Made by a program: the position numbers and the translations under genes
Origin: Paludibacteraceae bacterium
GTDB lineage: Bacteria; Bacteroidota; Bacteroidia; Bacteroidales; Paludibacteraceae
NCBI GenBank assembly: GCA_045532735.1
Contig: JAZSGL010000091.1
Coordinates: 29,275 to 93,274 of the forward strand
Length of the DNA stretch: 64,000 bases
Reading direction: 5' to 3'
Notes under the pieces: model-generated
Database searches by the model: none
What the model was told of the DNA's origin: nothing
Seen by the model: only the letters and a program-made list of their open reading frames with translations
Shown: positions 25,201 to 32,811 of the stretch, in pieces
Position numbering within the stretch: position 1 is the stretch's first letter
How the letters are laid out: each line of letters opens with the position of its first letter

Positions 25201-28200
25201 TTACTATTTTACTCAATGGAATGATGGTAATACCAACAACCCACGCACCATTACTGTAACCGATGATGCAGAGTATATAGCAGAGTTTGCAGAGGCATAT
25301 CCACGCGTATATGCATATGGTCTTAATGTGGTAAATAATGGAGATGATACTTATACATTCTCATTTAAGCCAAATACTGATGCAATAAGCGGTAATTTGC
25401 TTCTATATAGTGAGGATGGAACAACTGTGGCAAAAACAGTAGCGATTACAACGCCAATTATTGCCAACACAGTAAATTCTATTACTCTCTCTAAGACCGA
25501 CTTGCCTGATCAGTCTGACATTCCTTGGGCTATAGAATTAAGCGGCAATGCTATTCCTGCATTTGCAGAGACATTCGCTGATAGTGACCTTCGTTTCGCA
25601 AGAGCTCATGCAGTTATAGATAATAGTCCAGAGTCTGAATATTTTGGACGAGTATATGTAGCAGACCGCCGCAAAACCAAATCAGACAGTAAAGTATATG
25701 TTTATAATCCAGACTTTACAGATTTTACGAACACAAACTTAGGATTGGCTACTGCTGGTTATTCTCGTCCTGCAGTTGGAGCGGATGGTACATTGTATTT
25801 AACAGGTTATACAGATGGCGCTGAAGCAGGTATCTTCGTTGTGGATCCTGCCGATTTGACCAAATGTACACAATTCTTTAATGGTACATACGATTCTGAT
25901 GGTTTGTATAAAAATAATGGTAAAGAAATAGGTAGTTCTACATCAGGTGTTGGCGTATATGGCGCAGGTAAAGATGCTGTACTATACACCATGATGGAAG
26001 ATGGAAGCAATGCCAATTTCGATTCAGGCAAACAACCTATTGTCAAGTATCAAATTGGTCAAGAGAATGGTACTGTGCTTAAGCAGTGGAGCGACGAGCC
26101 AACATGGTGGGTAAATTATCCTGCTAAGGCAGCAGATAAGAGCTACAACTTTGGTAACAATGATTTTGCCGCTACAGCGAAAGGAGTGTGGGTAAGTCAA
26201 AACAAGTCTAATCCTGCTGATCGTCCTGAAATAGCCTTTGTGGATAAAACAGGTACTATTCGGTTCATGCAAAATAGCAAGCCAAGTTTAGGCGGTGGTA
26301 TGACTGTTAATGCTGACAATACCGCATTATATATTGTAGAAGATAGCAAAATTTTGGAATATGCTATTACATGGAACGAAAATACACCATCTCTGACCCT
26401 GTCAAATACATATCCTATAAGTCTTCAATATATTTCTACATTATCCGTAGATTATGCAGGAAATCTTATTGCTTGCGCAGGTACAACTTATGGCACTACA
26501 GACAACAATGTTATGAAAGTGGTTCGTTTTACTCTCCCTACAGACAACAATACTACTATTGTGCCAGCGGCTAAAGCAAAATCACTCAAGTTAGGCAATC
26601 GATATACCGTGACTGTAGATATAAACGATGAGTCTATGGGTGAAGTGATTGGAGCGGGTTTGTATAAGGAAGGTGAAATAGCGACACTTGCTGCAGCTCC
26701 AGTAGCCAACCACCGCATCGTGAATTGGAAGAACGGAGAAGAAGTTCTCTCAACAGATTTGACATGTTCGTTTGAGGTTACTGAGGATGTTACAATCAAT
26801 GTAACTTTTGAAAAGATTCCACAATATACAGTCACTACTGTAGCATCTCCTGATGGTAAAGGAACGATCATAGGTGGTGGTACATATAATGAAGGTACAG
26901 AGGTAGAGTTGAAAGCTACAGCTCATACAGGTTACACATTTGTGAGATGGGAAGATGATGACACTGCAGAGGCTACTCGTACTATTACAGTTACTGGCCC
27001 AGTTACCTACACTGCAATTTTTGACAAAGTATCTCCACGCGCATGGGCGTATGATTTAAGGAAAGGTGAAGATGGCGAAAACTATACGTTCACCTTCAAG
27101 ACTACTAGCGCAGGTACAGCTACCTTAATCTTTAAAGATAAAGATGGTAACACATTAGACTTTGGCGCACACACCGCAACTGCTACTACCGCTGAAGAAA
27201 AAACAATTACGATTGCAAAATCCACCTTTGAAGATGCTACCAAAGATATTTACTGGTCAGTACAGATGGATGGTGCTGCAATTGAGAATATGGTGGAAGT
27301 TACCGATCCTGCTGCTGGAATTTACAACTTCTATGTCCCTCAAGGTATTGCTGTGGACAATAATACCAATTCTAACTATTTCGGACAAATATATGTTGCA
27401 CAAGCAACAAATGGTGCTAGTGATGGCGGATCCGAAATGGCTAAAAATCAGACAGTTGGTTTGTTTGTATATGATCAAAAACTAACATTGAAAAATACGA
27501 ACTATGAGGGTATTGCTCCTCAAAATGTAGCGTTCAATACAGGAAATCCTATTGGTAGTATAGATGCTATTCGTCAACAAATGCACCGTATAGCTGTAGA
27601 TCCTATTACTAGTGAAGTAGCCTTTGCTTATTACAAATCTGATGCTACCCCTGCTACGGCTATATATGCAATGAATCCTACCGAATTGCCAGGCAACGCG
27701 ACCAATTTGATAAATGGTGCTAGTATAACTAAAGCAAACTCATTGTGCTATGATGAAAAAGGTGCGTTATATGTAATGGATAATGCTAATACTGGTACTG
27801 TAGGAGGACAAATCTATAAGTGTACAAAGGATGGAGTTGAGCTATTTGCTAAACATCAAGCAGAATGCCAATGGGCTGTTTATGACAATGCAATGGCTTC
27901 CGACGGTCGTGGTGGTCTATGGATTGCGCAAAATCGTTACGGATACGATTATCCTATTCTTTCTCACGTAAACAAAGATGGAGTGGTAGATTTCGCTGTT
28001 AAAGAAAATCTAAATAGTTGGTTCCCTAATAATAATACAGGTTCTTCATATCGTGGACAATTGGCTTACAACCTGAGTGAGAATATCTTGGCATTTGCTG
28101 GTAATAAGATGGTTACCCTGTTTACCGTAGAATATGACGGAGATGCTAAACCAACCATCAACAAATTAATGTCAACACCTTTGCTAGGTGGTGGTAATAT

Positions 28201-30343
28201 TGATGGTGTGGCATTTGACTATGCAGGTGACTTGTATGTGGCTTCTGCAAGTGCTGAGCGCTTGTATAAGTTTGTAGTGCCTACCAACAACAACACTTGC
28301 ACCGTACCTGCTCCTGAGTCACAAGTAATCCAAAAGGAGACACGATACAAAGTGGAGGTTGTGGCTAATCCAGTAGAAGGTGGTTCGGTATCAGGTGGCG
28401 GCGAAGCTGTCGCAGGAGCTCAAGTGGCAGTAAGTGCAACCGCCAATACGGGCTATCGCTTTGTAAACTGGACTGAGGGTAGTGATGAGGTATCTACCGA
28501 TGCAAGTTTCTCTTATACCGTCCCTGCTGCTGATGTGACGCTTATCGCTAACTTTGAGTTAATAACTTATACCCTGATAACATCTACCAACGATGAGAAT
28601 AAGGGTACAGTTAGCGTAGATGGTGTATGCACTCATGGATCCACTGTAACACTCACCGCTACTCCAGAAGAAGGCTACAAACTCCTCTACTGGAGCGATC
28701 GTTCTACAGAGAACCCACGCACCATTACGATGACCAAGAATGAGGCTATTTCTGCATACTTCGTGAAGGAATATGACATGGAGCCTACCTTTAAAATTGA
28801 GAAAGTTTGGGAGAACACCCAAGTGCCTGGAAGTGCTGATGGTTACCAAGCAGTAGGTTGGGATGGTAAGATCTATATGCAAAACAAAACAGCAGGAAAG
28901 ATTAAGATATATAGCAATGGTACAGATGCTGCTGTAGATTATGCTACGTCTAATACTTCTGGTCAGCAAATCGCAGTGGATGAAGCTGGTAATTTGATTG
29001 TATTCAACGCGACATTCTACACAATAACACCTAATGCTATCATAATTTATCCAAAAGGTAGTACAACGGGCACAGCTATTTCCTTTACATTGCCTTATCC
29101 AGAGCGTTGCGACTTTATCTCTGCTTCTGGTGATATTTACAGCGCAGAAGGTGGATATGTGTATTTCTATTGCCAAAATAAGAATGCCGTTAATCGTGTG
29201 AAAATTACCAATGGAGCACTCGCTTCGGTAGATGCTATAGGTAACACAGAAAAACCAGCAACTAGTGTTAGTCATGTTATGGTGGATATTTTTGGCAACT
29301 TGGCTGCTCATTGTCGCTCAACTGCAGTTTACGCCATCAACTCTTATACAGGTGAAACGACTGCATTTACCACTACCCTTTCTGGTGTCAAACTGAGCAC
29401 ACTCGGTGGCTGCACATTTGAATTAGGTGGCAAAGAATTGTGGGCATATAATGTAGGTACTACAAACTATAATAGTGAGTGGAATTTGTACAACATGACC
29501 GATAAGGTATTTATGTCAAACGAAACACTCTATGCTAAAGATAAAGATAGCAGGAAAACTACAGGACCTGCTAACTGGCTCAATGTACAAGTAGTAGATG
29601 AGAATACTGCTTACATTTATCAATTCTGCCCAGAAGTAGCAGTAGCTGTTTGGAAAGTAAGTATTGAAACTGAAGTAAATGTCACTATCGACGAAGACGC
29701 TGATAATACTACTGCACTCGCTCCATACGAGGGTGAGACAGTTACAGCTACAGTCACTCGCAACTTCGGTGCGAATAAGATCTTGACTGTCACATTGCCA
29801 TTCGATATGAGCGCATCACAAATCAGCAATCACTTCGGTAATGCTACTGTATACGAGTTCTACAATGTGGTAGATGCAGGCGAAGAACTTCACTTGCAAT
29901 TCGCTCATACTAATTCTATCGAAGCAGGTAAGCCATATATTCTCCAAACTACAACTAGTGGGTATGATGCCGAGGATGGATTTACCATCGAAGATGTGAC
30001 CATCAATACTGAGCCTACTCATGTTAAGAGAGGAGATATCACGATGGTACCTGTATTAGATGGTGGTGGCACATTAAATCAACCAACCCAATACTATCTT
30101 TCTGACAATGCATTGTATTGTGCTGGTGACTACGAGCGACCATTGCCAGGTTTGCGTGCTTTCTTTACTTCGGCATCGTCAACTCCAATCCGCGCACGCG
30201 TGATATTCGATGACAACGGGGCAACATCTATCCCAACGGTGATCGCTCCTGAGACGAAAGCGCAAAAGATAATCCAGGATGGACGACTCTTTATCATCCG
30301 CGGTGAACACCAATACAACGCACAAGGTCAAATGATTGAATAA
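22289..30343 (+). CDS. Giant (2684 aa) secreted protein: beta-helix head, three pairs of InlB-B-repeat-like domains, Ig/propeller supermodules, C-terminal sorting-like tail
   Basis: The signal peptide is MKKFTLFLVAMTMSLLSFAQT. PbH1-like turns (NCILVGRS, NCIIESAS, IRNCSITSH, VRGNKFIKNS, IENNYFAG, VRHNTFHM, VQNNIFVCE) end in DIEGKTRGEKTHAGAYEG. The repeat pairs lie at 24875-25288, 26600-27028 and 28343-28768. The tail is KIIQDGRLFIIRGEHQYNAQGQMIE. Confidence 0.9.
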   Translation: MKKFTLFLVAMTMSLLSFAQTQMSGTYTVGTGGSYDYSSMADAGMAIKDAEFTGDVTLLICTDLTETINTGIVNKSNYTLTIRPDKDENRTITYTTATDNTGPTGVFVIGGDMTKTPGSTIGWASVPTKNVIVDGAAEGKTTPRLKITNNKWGTNVLLYGDVQDVIIRNCILVGRSGSSTAYSLAFRSENYSKTSKNIGPKNCVAENCIIESASTQSQVVYCQGNQANSYAGYPTNITIRNCSITSHLRGIFLYGVNNFDMEGCVLKMLETTAGYMCHGILGTTVRGTINVRGNKFIKNSTKNTSAGEYGLQTITASGGATEWVIENNYFAGYDALASGTTSKESRLVGIRCGDYCVVRHNTFHMPKLTYAPGTSLVGTHAVALLWLAGSHKYPVQNNIFVCEETAANVSLIRGGLNENVTGNVFYHNGGKAAIVAAAPSCMTFADLETSYPTQAATSKWKNVTFTDAANGDLSLAGLSDGDFDLAVDRLADVLTDIEGKTRGEKTHAGAYEGTFREPLPSSISLNAYPVQDYSASIVGTMKRAIQNGENTIVLTHEADGTPHIYNIAHAAKTVTEISQEGVVAVDTENLGDYLSISDIALTEDGKLIASNYMRCEQGTTPATGYKVGEIRYYIWSDINGAPTRWFTTNRTANSTYADVSYTFAIKGTSTNAQVMSTAVHNSNRAARINLHTVVGGVETAYHRFGLHTTASEYTEAKQGLNFQLTATPLDNVWTLEGELTDATSFAVPATLGAEYNGTALNGTNLGQKYNGVSYLPNYNDHHLMVAPYADGSGKLAGVKVLGITYGFDNAIAIATNTNLLNTIDATAAAATAYVDGDGDLTIYLIADAKVYAFSQKAPIADFCTVTATAGEGGSVEGSGTYEANTIVTLTATPAEHYTFKNWTVAGSEVSTTATYSFEVTTDVEVTANFKEDDKFTINAHADHTSKGYVTGGGENIYVGTELLLKATAKSGYYFTQWNDGNTNNPRTITVTDDAEYIAEFAEAYPRVYAYGLNVVNNGDDTYTFSFKPNTDAISGNLLLYSEDGTTVAKTVAITTPIIANTVNSITLSKTDLPDQSDIPWAIELSGNAIPAFAETFADSDLRFARAHAVIDNSPESEYFGRVYVADRRKTKSDSKVYVYNPDFTDFTNTNLGLATAGYSRPAVGADGTLYLTGYTDGAEAGIFVVDPADLTKCTQFFNGTYDSDGLYKNNGKEIGSSTSGVGVYGAGKDAVLYTMMEDGSNANFDSGKQPIVKYQIGQENGTVLKQWSDEPTWWVNYPAKAADKSYNFGNNDFAATAKGVWVSQNKSNPADRPEIAFVDKTGTIRFMQNSKPSLGGGMTVNADNTALYIVEDSKILEYAITWNENTPSLTLSNTYPISLQYISTLSVDYAGNLIACAGTTYGTTDNNVMKVVRFTLPTDNNTTIVPAAKAKSLKLGNRYTVTVDINDESMGEVIGAGLYKEGEIATLAAAPVANHRIVNWKNGEEVLSTDLTCSFEVTEDVTINVTFEKIPQYTVTTVASPDGKGTIIGGGTYNEGTEVELKATAHTGYTFVRWEDDDTAEATRTITVTGPVTYTAIFDKVSPRAWAYDLRKGEDGENYTFTFKTTSAGTATLIFKDKDGNTLDFGAHTATATTAEEKTITIAKSTFEDATKDIYWSVQMDGAAIENMVEVTDPAAGIYNFYVPQGIAVDNNTNSNYFGQIYVAQATNGASDGGSEMAKNQTVGLFVYDQKLTLKNTNYEGIAPQNVAFNTGNPIGSIDAIRQQMHRIAVDPITSEVAFAYYKSDATPATAIYAMNPTELPGNATNLINGASITKANSLCYDEKGALYVMDNANTGTVGGQIYKCTKDGVELFAKHQAECQWAVYDNAMASDGRGGLWIAQNRYGYDYPILSHVNKDGVVDFAVKENLNSWFPNNNTGSSYRGQLAYNLSENILAFAGNKMVTLFTVEYDGDAKPTINKLMSTPLLGGGNIDGVAFDYAGDLYVASASAERLYKFVVPTNNNTCTVPAPESQVIQKETRYKVEVVANPVEGGSVSGGGEAVAGAQVAVSATANTGYRFVNWTEGSDEVSTDASFSYTVPAADVTLIANFELITYTLITSTNDENKGTVSVDGVCTHGSTVTLTATPEEGYKLLYWSDRSTENPRTITMTKNEAISAYFVKEYDMEPTFKIEKVWENTQVPGSADGYQAVGWDGKIYMQNKTAGKIKIYSNGTDAAVDYATSNTSGQQIAVDEAGNLIVFNATFYTITPNAIIIYPKGSTTGTAISFTLPYPERCDFISASGDIYSAEGGYVYFYCQNKNAVNRVKITNGALASVDAIGNTEKPATSVSHVMVDIFGNLAAHCRSTAVYAINSYTGETTAFTTTLSGVKLSTLGGCTFELGGKELWAYNVGTTNYNSEWNLYNMTDKVFMSNETLYAKDKDSRKTTGPANWLNVQVVDENTAYIYQFCPEVAVAVWKVSIETEVNVTIDEDADNTTALAPYEGETVTATVTRNFGANKILTVTLPFDMSASQISNHFGNATVYEFYNVVDAGEELHLQFAHTNSIEAGKPYILQTTTSGYDAEDGFTIEDVTINTEPTHVKRGDITMVPVLDGGGTLNQPTQYYLSDNALYCAGDYERPLPGLRAFFTSASSTPIRARVIFDDNGATSIPTVIAPETKAQKIIQDGRLFIIRGEHQYNAQGQMIE

Positions 30344-30367
30344 CAACAGAATAATAAATTTATTAAA

Positions 30368-30493
30368 ATGAAAAAGATATATCAAACACCAAAGACTGAC
30401 TTTGTCCAAATGATTGGCCAAAGCGCCATTATGGTAGGTAGTAATGTGCTAGACATTCACGAAGGCACTGGTATACCAGGTCAAGTAGATTAA
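30368..30493 (+). CDS. Possible 41-aa ORF co-transcribed with the giant gene
   Basis: The peptide is MKKIYQTPKTDFVQMIGQSAIMVGSNVLDIHEGTGIPGQVD. It starts 24 nt after the giant-gene stop and lies upstream of the shared terminator. It is below the track cutoff. Confidence 0.4.
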   Translation: MKKIYQTPKTDFVQMIGQSAIMVGSNVLDIHEGTGIPGQVD

Positions 30494-30524
30494 TAGCGCC
30501 TACTACCTAACAGGTACAACAACA

Positions 30525-30565
30525 AAAGAAATCGTGTTTCCATGTGGAGCACGATTTCTTTTTTA
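30525..30565. terminator. Bidirectional Rho-independent terminator
   Basis: aaagaaatcgtg / cacgatttcttt, a 12-bp stem followed by a T run, between convergent genes. Confidence 0.8.
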
Positions 30566-30587
30566 TAAGCAAGCAACAAATCGCAAG

Positions 30588-32018
30588 TTATTGAATGTGA
30601 ATTTCAAACAAATCGTCTAAGACTACTTCTGATTGCACAAGACCTACGTATGCGTTTTGTCGTACACCATAAGTGGTAATTAGGGTAGGGAAGATGGCAT
30701 ATTTTGTGCCAGTTTCCGAAACAAAATCACTCATGCGTATGCGTAGTTTCATATCTTCCTCTTTAGTGATAGTATAAGGCGAGGTACTATACTTAACCTC
30801 ACACAAGTTAATCACTCTATCTGCACGCTCTATCAATAAATCAATTTGAGCTCCTTCGGTACTATCTTTGCTACGCCATGAGTAATATTCTGTAGCTATT
30901 CTATCAATACCCAAAACATGCTTAATCTGTTGGATATGCGCCATACATACGCGCTCAAATGCCAGCCCTAACCATGTATTCATCAATGGCGTTTGCAGAT
31001 TATGACTCCAATAATGCTCATCGTTGATAGGACGAGTGAGGAATGTATTATGGAAAATAGTAAAGAAATCTACCAACTGATAGAGCCCGTCTGTCTTTTT
31101 TACGCGTTTAGATTTCACGAAATAGTAGCGCACGAAATCACATTTGATAAGGTTCTGTAGATACTCAGAGAAATGTCCATTATCCTTTTTATTTAGCGCC
31201 GTTAAGATCTCATCTCTAGACATGCCTTTTCTATTGGAAGAAAGTACACGCACAATCTCTAAATATGGTTCTGGAGACTTAAAGAGCGAAGAAAACAATC
31301 GCTTATATTCGGTTTGTAAAGAAGCATTCTCAGAAAAATACAATCGATCAACCGCCTGTGTGATACTTTCGCCCTTCTTGAGCAAACTTAGATAATATGG
31401 TACTCCACCCATGATCATGTAGATTTGTAGGATAGATAATCTATCCCATTTTATCTGCATAGATTGAAGCATTTGTTCGGTTTCCCCAAGCGAGAAAGGA
31501 TGTAGATGTATCTCATGCGTAATGCGGTTGTGTAAACCACCATAGTTATCTACGATGTTCTTGGTCATCCAAGTGGTGGCGCTGCCGCAAACGATTAAGA
31601 GCACTTGCGAGTGCTTCTGCCCCCAGCTATTCCAAAAATGACTAAAAGCGTTGATAAATCCAGTACGAGGGGTGTCAAAACAAGGCAGTTCGTCAATGAA
31701 GATCACGCAGCGCTTATCTGTAGTCAATTGCTTTTCCAATAATTCACCTAGGGTGTAGAATGCTTCTAACCAACTACCAAATAACTCGCCTTGATAGCCT
31801 ATTTGGCGCATTGCAAGCACAAATGCAGACATCTGTTCCAAATGTGAACCACCTAAAATACCACTCACAGAAAAAGTGTATTGACGATTAAAAAATTCAT
31901 CAATCAAATAGGTTTTTCCGATTCGCCTACGACCATAAACTGCAATAAACTCTGGTTTGCCAGAATTGTAAAACTCTTGAAGTTGCATGATTTCATGCTT
32001 GCGGCCTATTAATTCCAT
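30588..32018 (-). CDS. AAA-type ATPase (archaeal-ATPase-like) with C-terminal PD-(D/E)xK-like motif
   Basis: Walker A YGRRRIGKT, Walker B VIFIDELP and C-terminal IDLLIERADRVINLCEVKYS (D...E.K). Confidence 0.85.
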   Translation of the reverse strand: MELIGRKHEIMQLQEFYNSGKPEFIAVYGRRRIGKTYLIDEFFNRQYTFSVSGILGGSHLEQMSAFVLAMRQIGYQGELFGSWLEAFYTLGELLEKQLTTDKRCVIFIDELPCFDTPRTGFINAFSHFWNSWGQKHSQVLLIVCGSATTWMTKNIVDNYGGLHNRITHEIHLHPFSLGETEQMLQSMQIKWDRLSILQIYMIMGGVPYYLSLLKKGESITQAVDRLYFSENASLQTEYKRLFSSLFKSPEPYLEIVRVLSSNRKGMSRDEILTALNKKDNGHFSEYLQNLIKCDFVRYYFVKSKRVKKTDGLYQLVDFFTIFHNTFLTRPINDEHYWSHNLQTPLMNTWLGLAFERVCMAHIQQIKHVLGIDRIATEYYSWRSKDSTEGAQIDLLIERADRVINLCEVKYSTSPYTITKEEDMKLRIRMSDFVSETGTKYAIFPTLITTYGVRQNAYVGLVQSEVVLDDLFEIHIQ

Positions 32019-32044
32019 AGAAGTTACATTTAAAAAATCCGCTG

Positions 32045-32052
32045 CAAAGTTA
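32045..32052 (-). promoter_or_regulatory. -7 box (TAacTTTG on the minus strand) for the ATPase gene
   Basis: The plus strand reads caaagtta. It lies 27 nt upstream of the ATG at 32018. Confidence 0.5.
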
Positions 32053-32076
32053 CATATTATTTTTTATACCACCAAA

Positions 32077-32180
32077 TGAAACCGGGCATTTTTTGAATAT
32101 TTTTATCAAATTCCGCCCACTTTCAGATTGAAACCGGGCATTTTTTGAACTTTTTTGTCAAATTCCGCCCACTTTCAAGG
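32077..32180 (+). repeat. Tandem duplication, 2 x 52 bp
   Basis: The unit tgaaaccgggcattttttgaa.atttt..tcaaattccgcccactttca occurs twice (32077-32128 and 32129-32180) with a few mismatches. Confidence 0.9.
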
Positions 32181-32261
32181 TCTAAACGTGGGTGACTTGT
32201 TCCCAATAATTTTGTTTAATTTTCTACAATTTTGTATAATTTTTGGATGCTACTTTCTCCT

Positions 32262-32345
32262 CTTGAGCGCCCAAGGAGTATTGATTTGGGCGCAAGTTGT
32301 CAATATTGTCGTCAAATAATACTCCTCGAGCGCGCAACAGTTGTT
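32262..32345 (+). repeat. Module R1, divergent copy with a compensated stem
   Basis: The stem is gcgcccaa (32267-32274) / ttgggcgc (32286-32293). The loop ggagtattgat resembles the loop ggaagttgat at 17810-17819. The stem is followed by aagttgtc... Confidence 0.7.
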
Positions 32346-32360
32346 GTTTTTTTAGTTGTA

Positions 32361-32610
32361 GTGTCTAGTCGTATATAGTTCCCTTAAAATTAGTGTCGAT
32401 CCGTGCCATCCGTGGGAGTTATATCTTCTGCGTTTAATTAGTTAAGATTCAGCGGACTCGCAAAGCGAGTGCTAGCGGTGGTAATTTATTGCGGAGCACG
32501 TAGAAAAAAGCGTAGGTTTAAGCGCAGATAGAAAAGATTAATAAGATTTCTGCCCCAACGGGGCTAGGAGATAATTAAGTGTCAACTCGTATATAGTTCC
32601 ATAAATTTAT
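32361..32610 (+). repeat. Mosaic block R2-R3-R4-R2
   Basis: R3 (aaaattagtgtcgatccgtgc.atccgtgggagttatat) also occurs at 21627-21670. R4 also occurs at 21816-21944. Confidence 0.65.
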
Positions 32611-32697
32611 GTTTCCGATTAGCCATATATTTGATAGATACATCTATCATTTTTACAAAAAAGTATTCGTTTTTTTGCAGTTGTGCATATTTTTTTG

Positions 32698-32705
32698 TAC
32701 CTTTG
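32698..32705 (+). promoter_or_regulatory. -7 box TAccTTTG for pgk
   Basis: Exact match about 107 nt upstream of the ATG at 32812. Confidence 0.55.
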
Positions 32706-32811
32706 TAGCCAAATGTGGGTACTGGGCTTTATATTTCACAAAAAACAACTCTACTCCACACTACTCAATACTACTCAACACTGACAATACTAACAACTAA
32801 ATTATACGATT

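Noticed and set aside
28559-29311. 250-aa ORF antisense to the 2684-aa gene
   Set aside because: For the same reason: the plus-strand frame is continuous for 8 kb with coherent domain structure.
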